Origin: Bugula neritina
Taxonomy: Eukaryota; Animalia; Bryozoa
Assembly (NCBI GenBank): GCA_964035545.1
Contig: OZ037767.1
Coordinates: 24,444,628 to 24,508,627, forward strand
Length of the DNA stretch: 64,000 nucleotides
Reading direction: 5' to 3'
Each line of letters opens with the position of its first letter. Position 1 is the stretch's first letter. The notes under the pieces were generated by a model. The model searched no databases. It was not told the origin of the DNA and was given only the letters and a program-made list of their open reading frames with translations. Of the stretch, positions 56,001 to 64,000 are shown piece after piece. The translations under genes and the position numbers were made by a program.

Positions 56001-58204
56001 TCTAGGAGTCATTAGATATTTTGGAATGAGTGAAGGAAACAAACTATGAAGCATGCAAGGCTTCTGACAATACCCAAAATATTTCGCAATGGACACAAGG
56101 ACTATGTCCCAGCAATGTGTTTAATAACTCACAAATATATGTAACAAATGATAGGAAATATAATTAGGTGGTATTTAGGTATCATTAGCTATAGATGGTA
56201 TTCTTGTGCAATTTCATAGCAAGTACATTACACAATGATTCAAACTGAATATCCTAACAAAATCTTCACAGATTTCCCTATAAACAGCTGTTGCAATGTA
56301 AATCTATAACTTGGTGCTGAAACACAGAAAGGAGAAAATCTTAAGTATAGCATAACATACAAACTAAATAAAAACTCACGTATGCCTTTTGAGTATTAAA
56401 CTGTCCAAAGTACTCACCACTCCTGAAACTAGAGTTCTGTATGCACCAGACACCACGGAAGCTTCTAGATTGCCCATCTCTCTAACTAATCTCTCTAGTC
56501 TATCAAACCATGTAAACTTCACAACATTTCTTCCAATATACACATATTTAGTTTGTACTTTGTCTACGAGATTTCTCCATATACTCGACTCTGCTTCACT
56601 ATATAATATAGAAGACAATGAAGTACAGAAAGAATAAATAAAATACAAGAGGACATAACACCCAGCACGTACTCTGCTCATATCTATAGAGTAGCTTTAT
56701 GTACCTCAAACCTGGCAATATTCTATTTTAGTGTCTTCCAATTGCAAATAACATGCTCAAACCTTTGCAACCAAAATTACTGTCATTTAATAATTAGTTG
56801 TTCAAGATATTACAGAAAAGACATATAAACATATATACACATACACACACATGAACACATGCATACACATGCACACGTATACACGTGCACACTCGTCCTA
56901 TCTTGATGCAATGATTGCAGTATTATCTAAACAACACATCAACTTGCTCAATATCTTATGAACTTGCCTTTTCTTCAGTTTAATGATTGTGGTGTCTTTA
57001 TAGTCAGCTTGATTCAGAGTCAGCGTGTCTGGGATGGCAGCAATTATACGAATGTTTGGATAGAGTTTATTTACTTCTTGGAATATGGAAGGTATATGTT
57101 GGAAATATTTAGAGTCGTAATGTACAAAATTGTAGACAAGGGTGAGTAAAGTATGGAACTCAGGTGCATCTGTACAGTTCTCTTGGTAAAAACCAACTAA
57201 AACAAAACACCAAAAGCACAGAAAGGATTAAATTTAGTATCTAAAAAAAATATTTCTGTGAAAATGTAGCTAAATAGCATTTGACCAGATTAGTGAAATG
57301 AAGAACAAGAAGAGGTATATTTTCAATTATATTTTGCATCTCGTTTACTAAACTATTTATTAAGATAACAATTTAAAACATTGCAGCAGTTAGAAACTTT
57401 TTAGCAAATTGGATAAATTACTCAATTGCAGCCATGCAATACAGTCTTTGCATGCACTGTAATACTCTGACCATACTTCTTCTATAAAATATATATTTTG
57501 GGTCATCTTTGGCAATTTTCTTTTTAATATACTTTTCAGGGCAAACATCGGTGGACATGTGACTTTTTGGTGATTCTAGAGCTTTCTCTGCTCGCTCTAG
57601 CTCTGGCTGCTGCCCCATGGTGCCGAGTATATCCTTCAACTACAGAACCATACCAAATATGTGTCTCTTTTGCCACTGCATCAAGTATGTTGGCAAATTG
57701 AATGTACACATATAATAAATGCAGAAGCATATTTAAGCACAGCAGTAAAAAATAAAAGAACATATAACAAATATCAGCAAGAAAACAGACTGAAAAAGTT
57801 TAAAGACTGACTAAAGAAGTTAAAAGACTGACCTCTTTATAAACTTCATCAAGTAGGAAGTTGGGCTGTTCTTGAGCCCAAAGTTTCTTACTAATTCCTA
57901 CTTTTGTAGTGATTTTCACTAGTCTGGCACTAGTTGACTCTATAAAGTTATTTGCACCACATCTTTGCCTGCCAAAGGGTAACAAAATACACATATATCA
58001 AATCTAGACATTGAGGATTAATAAAGTCGGCTTGAGCTAATTGAATAATTTATAAACAAGTTGAGAGGTGAGCATTAAAAAATCTACTTACCGTTCCCTG
58101 TACTGCTGCAATGCCACAGCAGAAATCCACAAGAGTATCAGTATAATAACAGTAACACACCAGCAGATCAAAGCATACCGGTGTTTGAACATTCTGATTC
58201 CCAT
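50025..58204 (-). CDS. Fukutin-related (FKRP-like) LicD-family phosphotransferase, type II membrane protein, about 11 coding exons
   Basis: N-terminal anchor MGIRMFKHRYALICWCVTVIILILLWISAV (ATG 58204); stem region CPEKY..GFYQENCT and ECLMCHHVRGPF; zinc-binding-like FGCKEAKTFC..SFCCKDEL; LicD core AGTNLGAVKFADIIPWDNDADI (52883-52719); C-terminus SPGLFARNM|YGVEIYQH..CPIPGHHSCLDRFLPDGNF. Probably an invertebrate paralog rather than the strict ortholog. Confidence 0.85.
51060..52305 (+). mobile_element. Decayed, internally deleted Ty3/gypsy remnant in an FKRP-like intron (antisense)
   Basis: gag-like FINELYGTAEYCEYGTLREGQIRDRIVVG..LSEKLQ; integrase fragments HTGHL..KC, WPGI.QDI...SCRACQKH, LPERPWQ, VVDYYS, YLALLSYHNT with stops and frameshifts; no RT or RNase H recognisable. 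Confidence 0.85.
52929..53005 (-). repeat. 17-bp minisatellite carrying CTAAC, FKRP-like intron
   Basis: Plus-strand GTTAG at 52938, 52955, 52972 and 52989. Confidence 0.85.
54604..55014. mobile_element. PIF/Harbinger-type MITE (411 bp)
   Basis: Terminal inverted repeats TAGGGCCACACGACGTG...CACGTCGTGTGGCCCTA plus subterminal GTGCGAGAAAACCCGTTTAG and its reverse complement; TAA on both flanks (54601-54603, 55015-55017). Confidence 0.85.
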
Positions 58205-59487
58205 ACTTAATCCTTACAGCTAAAAGAATATTATTACTAATAGTTGGCATAGGTTAAAATAACAACTTAACAGTATTACTTATAGTTAATGTTATACTTA
58301 TAGTTATACTTATTGCCTATGGCTATTGCCATTGGTATTACTGTTATACTTATTAAACTATCAGTATTAGTATTACTATTAGTATTACAGTACTAGTATT
58401 AGTAATACTTATACTAATACTAATAGACAATATTATTACCATTATTATGATTAATTTATAAAATTAATTTGTAATAAATTAATTAATATTATCAATATTC
58501 ATATTATTAATAATTTCAATATTATAATTATAATAAATACATAATTAATATTGTTCATATTATTATTGTGATATAAATTAAAATTATAATAATTTAAATT
58601 ATTATTATATTTATAAGAATAGCGATTACTATTACTGCATTATGATTATACTTACTCCTGAAGTTAAATTTAACTTAGCCCAATCATCACTGTCGTGTTG
58701 ATGCTTATGCTGATATTCAAATTATTGCTATTTAATTTTAGAATTGGCACCATTGAACTATATTATAGTTTCAGTTCAGTGATTAGCACCTGATTATTGC
58801 TAGATACAGCGCCGAATTGAGAGTGACTGGGTGCAGTACTTAATTAATAGACAACCAAGCTCATTGCTTGTTCCAGTTATGGTCAGAGTTGTTGTATCAG
58901 GATTTTTAAGTTAGTTGTAGTTGTCTCATTTTACTGTTGCGTGTATGGCGAGTGCACAACTCTGAGATCTTTGCATCAACATAAATATAGTGTGGGTGTG
59001 GCCTGTGTGAGTGTTTCAGACAATGAACTCAATAATTATTAACTATTCCAGCTCAGTGATATCGACCAGTGTGGTATATTTAGGAGTGTTGACTTTAAAC
59101 CATGAAAAATCATAATGCCGCTATCGGTACCGCGAGTTATAAGTTATAAAGGAAAAATTTTGCCACTTTTGTGATTTTATTTTTTTTTTATTTTATGTAT
59201 TCATTTTTTTTAATTTTGTTTATTGGTAAAGTTTTTAAACATATTTTTAATGCATATAAAATTTAAAAAAAATTAAAACTCAATCATGCACGTAAATACA
59301 AAGCTATAAAGTTTAAGCTTCGCTGTGATTACAACGTGAATATGAATTGAATAATACTTGCAATAACCATTTTACACAAAATACGTTACAGTTGGTATAA
59401 ATGTAAGACTAGTAAATTGGATGCAAATAGGCACGGTAATACTACTTAATTTATGCTATTTTTGAAATTTGTAGTAAATATTTGGCA

Positions 59488-60485
<998 letters not shown>

Positions 60486-60794
60486 TGTTATGTTTTTCAG
60501 AATTAGGGTTGATATGCAATCCAGAGAGTCTAATTACTTGTTATAGAACTGCACCAGGATAAGTCGAGTGAACGAGTATATATTTTAAACACACTAACAC
60601 ATTACAAAAACGATACAAATACATTTGACAATTTACACATCTAGACTATTCAGCACTCTAACTTCGACTGACTAACAGCGGGAAAACTATTACTGCTGCT
60701 AACTAATCCGAAGCCGCTAATTGGCTATCAATTGTTCCGGGTCAATTACACGACCCTGTATACTGTGCTGCTGGTAGCTCCACGAGCCACCACA
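60486..60794 (-). repeat. 3' LTR (309 bp)
   Basis: Minus strand begins TGTGGTG directly after the G-rich tract GGTGGGGGCGG and ends CATAACA at the edge of the TA field. The 5' LTR is outside the window, so the ends are inferred. Confidence 0.75.
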
Positions 60795-61086
60795 CCGCCC
60801 CCACCAGCAGAAAGCCCTCTTTCTGATATATAAAAAATACTTCTTCATTAACCACATACATCAGTAGACCAAAAGATAATACATAACACATATAAAGATA
60901 CATAATAACAGACAGAGTCATTATAACAGCAAGTTACATACAATTGGCCAGCTATAGAGGAAGAATACCGGCTAGCTGTAGTATTGGACAAAGAGTCGAC
61001 CTGTCGAGCAGTCAAGCATTTGCATGATAGTCTTGGGTCTCCCAAGAGGACGAAGTTGTGGATTATTCCTGGTAGCAGAACCAGAG

Positions 61087-61940
61087 TCAATGTTGGGCAC
61101 GCCGATGTTTGGCTTGGCATGTAAGTAGCTTCCGCTTAATCCGGCCCACTGATCCTTTCAGTTGGAAGAGCCCCGTCGTGGTATTGAGCAGGTCGGGTGC
61201 TAACTGGGTAAATTCCTCCTGCAGTCGGAGGAGACGTTCCTCTACTGTGGCCAGGCGGGCAGGGTCTGGGGACGGTGTCCGTCTGCGGCGCAGAAGGGGA
61301 CTAGGAGACCTGGTTCGTCTCTTCGTCGGGGTAGGGGAGACTTCTCCTTCTTCGGGGTAGGAAAGTTCCTCGGGGGTGTACGCAATCTGAGGGCGGTCAG
61401 ATACCAATGGGGATTGTTGCCTGGCATAGTCTAATACGCATTGGAAGCCCGAGGTCGGGACAGCTAACAACATCGCCTTCTTTACTAGGGTCGTATCAGA
61501 GTGAGGAATTCTGGATAGAGTTTGGCATCTACCACGTAATTCTCTCCGGAGAAACAGCCTGTTGCTCGATGTCTGGTGACAGGGTAGGGGTAGACATCAT
61601 TGTATCCGCAGGGGCAGAATGTGAGTAAGAGATGGGCATTGACATGTAGCTTCAAGGAGCGGTGAGAGGCACATTCTTCGCCACAAATCTGGCACCGCGT
61701 CCGTCCTCTGGACCCCCAGGCCGTTTCTATCTGCTCCTCTGTTTCTGGAGACACCCACCGCCAACGGCGGCGCAGTGGCTCGGGCCGGTCACCATTGGCA
61801 TACTCCTCAGGATGCGGAGCGGGAAGTGCTCTATCCCGTACCCTGGTTGTAGCGGGTCGAGTGTAATCTGAAAAAGTTTCAACAGTGTTAGTATAATACA
61901 CTGCCGTGTTGTCAGCTTGAACAGCCTGGCAACTCCTCAT
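61087..61940 (-). CDS. Retrotransposon accessory ORF (C2H2 and C2HC fingers, Arg/Ser-Pro tract, coiled coil), split by a 1-nt frameshift near 61488
   Basis: CQICGEECASHRSLKLHVNAH (C-x2-C-x12-H-x3-H); CPCG-YNDVYPYPVTR-HRATGC; KRRTRSPSPLLRRRRTPSP; LATVEERLLRLQEEFTQL. Adding one C at CGA-CCC-TAG fuses ORFs 61940-61485 and 61473-61087. Confidence 0.7.
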
Positions 61941-62181
61941 TCAGTTACCTCGTAGAGATTCATGGTAGTGAATAGTCAGATAGAACACGTATTGCAATGA
62001 GATTATAAAAATCTCTAAGTCAAACTGAGTTCTTACTACGGTATTTCACTAACCTATCTCCAGCTCAATTGACTCAGTGAGTCGGAGCTGAGCGATGCAA
62101 TCTAGTTTCATATTAAGATATAGTTAACTCACCCCACGATCTGTTGTCGTAAGACATACTGAATTTGTGAAATGGTTTGAA

Positions 62182-64000
62182 CTACTGCTTAGAAACACGT
62201 CTACTCTTGACTGCATCAGCGTATGAAAAGATCGAGCAACGTGGTTGGGGTGCGTGATTAAGACTTTGTGCACCCGGCGGATGAATTTTGTTTCTATTTC
62301 CGCCGATACAAAAGTTGATATTTCCGTAGTGTTGACAACTCCCACCTTTGCTCGATACTTTTCTCGTACGGTTTTCCCCTAGACTTTCATGCGTGCCGCT
62401 TTTAATGCAGTCACATACGAAGTCTTTCAAATATGCGGGGGGTTGCCTCGTACGCTGTCCCCTTTCTAGGGGGGGTGACACGCTCACCGGTTCATTAGCA
62501 GGGGCCTCTAATGGCGTCTCTACTTCACCGTTAGCGGTCACTTCTTCTTGTTCTCCGGATAGAGCCCCTCCCTCCGTGGGGGTTTGCACTTCCGGAACCG
62601 GCTCGGTTTCCGGAAGTGGTGGAATCAGACTTGGCGGTGGCGGACACGCTTCTGTTGGCAAAAGCGGTCGCTCATCTCTCACCAATCTTTTCTCTCGCGG
62701 TATGACCACTTCATATTCAGGTCCATGCCACCGTCGCCCGCGCGTTGTTGTCTGCCTCCTGGGCTCTAACAACGGGGGGGCTTCTCCCACTGCGTCGGGG
62801 CTAGCCCAATACGGCTTCAAGCGGGACTCATTCTGGATAGACACCTGTCCTGAGCGCTCAATCTTGTACGTATGGTTGGGCATAGCCTCGACGATCACGT
62901 AGGGTCCCACGAACTTAGGCTGTAACTTAGCCGCCTGTCCGCGACGCCTACGGTAATTGACCATCCACACCTTATCCCCTGTTTGGTAGAGGGGTGGTTC
63001 CTCGGAATCTTCGTGTCGCACCTTCCACTGCTGTTCACGCAGTATATCGTGTGCGGCCTTCCTCCGTTCCACTAGTTCACTGGCATACTCGTGAATCGAG
63101 TTGTCTAGCTCTGGAACATGGTAGGTGAGATGGTCAGGTACCCGGGTCTCTCTCCCGAGCATCAAGAGGTTTGGGGTCTCACCAGTACTGGTGTGTGGGG
63201 TGCTACGGTACGCACGCATGACCTGCGGCAACACCGTGTCCCATTCCTCTTGACTGCGTCCAAGGAGGAGACTCCGGAGCGCATCACCTAGCATCCGGTT
63301 GTTGCGCTCCACCACCCCGTTACCTTGCGGGTGATACGGGGTGGTCCTGCTCTGATTTACTCCCCAGAGGCGGCAAAGGTCGCTCATCAGTTGAGACTGG
63401 AATTGAGCGCCTTGATCAGAGTGTATCTGCTCGGGGAGACCGAAATAACAGAATACGTGTTGGTCTAGTACCCTGGCCACTGTCGGGGCTGACGCATCTG
63501 GGATAGCCAGAGCATCCGCCCACCTAGTAAAGTGGTCGGTTAATACTAATATCCAACTATTGCCTCTGGGGGTCAGGGGCATGGGTCCGACCAGGTCAAC
63601 AGCTACCATTTGCCACGGCCTGCCAGCATATAGCCTCCGCCGTCCCGCTTCACCAGGGAGACGGCCATGCTTACTGGTCTGGCAGATCTCACACTGTTTG
63701 ACTCTGAGTCGGACGTCCCGCTCCATGCGTGGCCAATACCACCGGAGTCGTAATTTGGATATCACTCTCTTGACCCCTGCGTGGGCCTGTTTGTGAGTAT
63801 CCCAAATCAACTCACGGCGGATGGCAGTGGGGCAGACTACCCTCTTCCTCTCCGGATGTCTGCCGCTGGCGGCTAGAGAGATGGTTAGTAAACCATCCTG
63901 CCCGATTCGCAGCGAGTCCCAACGCTGACAGTATAGCCGGAACTCGGCGCATCCCTGTCGTATGCGTTCCTCGCTGGGTCGTCGCCCTTCCCTTTTGGCC
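62182..64000 (-). CDS. pol: Pol polyprotein C-terminus: integrase (HHCC, DDE core, GPY/F motif) with Pro/Glu-rich tail
   Basis: H(KQA)H..CEIC, PWQMVAVDLVGP, DHFTRW, IHSDQGAQFQS, YHPQGNGVVERNNR, YRSTPHTSTGETP, KLQPKFVGPY, RTRQPPAYLKDF. The frame stays open to the window edge. No chromodomain seen. Confidence 0.96.
   Translation of the reverse strand, partial: AKREGRRPSEERIRQGCAEFRLYCQRWDSLRIGQDGLLTISLAASGRHPERKRVVCPTAIRRELIWDTHKQAHAGVKRVISKLRLRWYWPRMERDVRLRVKQCEICQTSKHGRLPGEAGRRRLYAGRPWQMVAVDLVGPMPLTPRGNSWILVLTDHFTRWADALAIPDASAPTVARVLDQHVFCYFGLPEQIHSDQGAQFQSQLMSDLCRLWGVNQSRTTPYHPQGNGVVERNNRMLGDALRSLLLGRSQEEWDTVLPQVMRAYRSTPHTSTGETPNLLMLGRETRVPDHLTYHVPELDNSIHEYASELVERRKAAHDILREQQWKVRHEDSEEPPLYQTGDKVWMVNYRRRRGQAAKLQPKFVGPYVIVEAMPNHTYKIERSGQVSIQNESRLKPYWASPDAVGEAPPLLEPRRQTTTRGRRWHGPEYEVVIPREKRLVRDERPLLPTEACPPPPSLIPPLPETEPVPEVQTPTEGGALSGEQEEVTANGEVETPLEAPANEPVSVSPPLERGQRTRQPPAYLKDFVCDCIKSGTHESLGENRTRKVSSKGGSCQHYGNINFCIGGNRNKIHPPGAQSLNHAPQPRCSIFSYADAVKSRRVSKQ

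Larger units (their letters stand above)
60486..64000 (-). mobile_element. Young Ty3/gypsy LTR retrotransposon, 3' half
   Basis: Abrupt shift to GC-rich sequence; uninterrupted integrase frame; extra ORF; polypurine tract; LTR with TG...CA ends. Confidence 0.95.

Noticed and set aside
59038-59480. Possible DNA-transposon end starting TTAACTATTCC
   Set aside because: No matching inverted end or second copy found in the window.
61087-61940. env gene
   Set aside because: No signal peptide, fusion peptide or transmembrane anchor; features are those of a nuclear protein.

Overview
AT-rich, intron-rich animal genomic DNA, probably an invertebrate; the taxon cannot be fixed from sequence alone. 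The minus strand carries: the 5' part of a ZNFX1 helicase gene (runs off the left edge), a complete DHX33-type DEAH helicase, a small secreted Gly/Asn/Arg/His-rich orphan gene, an ankyrin plus coiled-coil gene, a poorly resolved short-exon coiled-coil gene with a duplicated exon pair, and an FKRP/LicD-family gene. Mobile DNA includes four tRNA-derived SINE copies, a PIF/Harbinger-type MITE, a decayed Ty3/gypsy remnant, and the 3' half of a young Ty3/gypsy element at the right edge. The most notable observations are: (1) the young gypsy element has, where env would sit, a non-env accessory ORF (two zinc fingers, Arg/Ser-Pro tract, coiled coil) with its own branch point and splice acceptor; (2) three minisatellites whose repeat unit is a working splice junction of the host gene; (3) a candidate mutually exclusive exon pair whose intronic flank is better conserved than its synonymous sites; (4) a periodic TAGTAT-type tract just downstream of four putative transcription starts. 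All exon models were built by hand and need RNA-seq confirmation.
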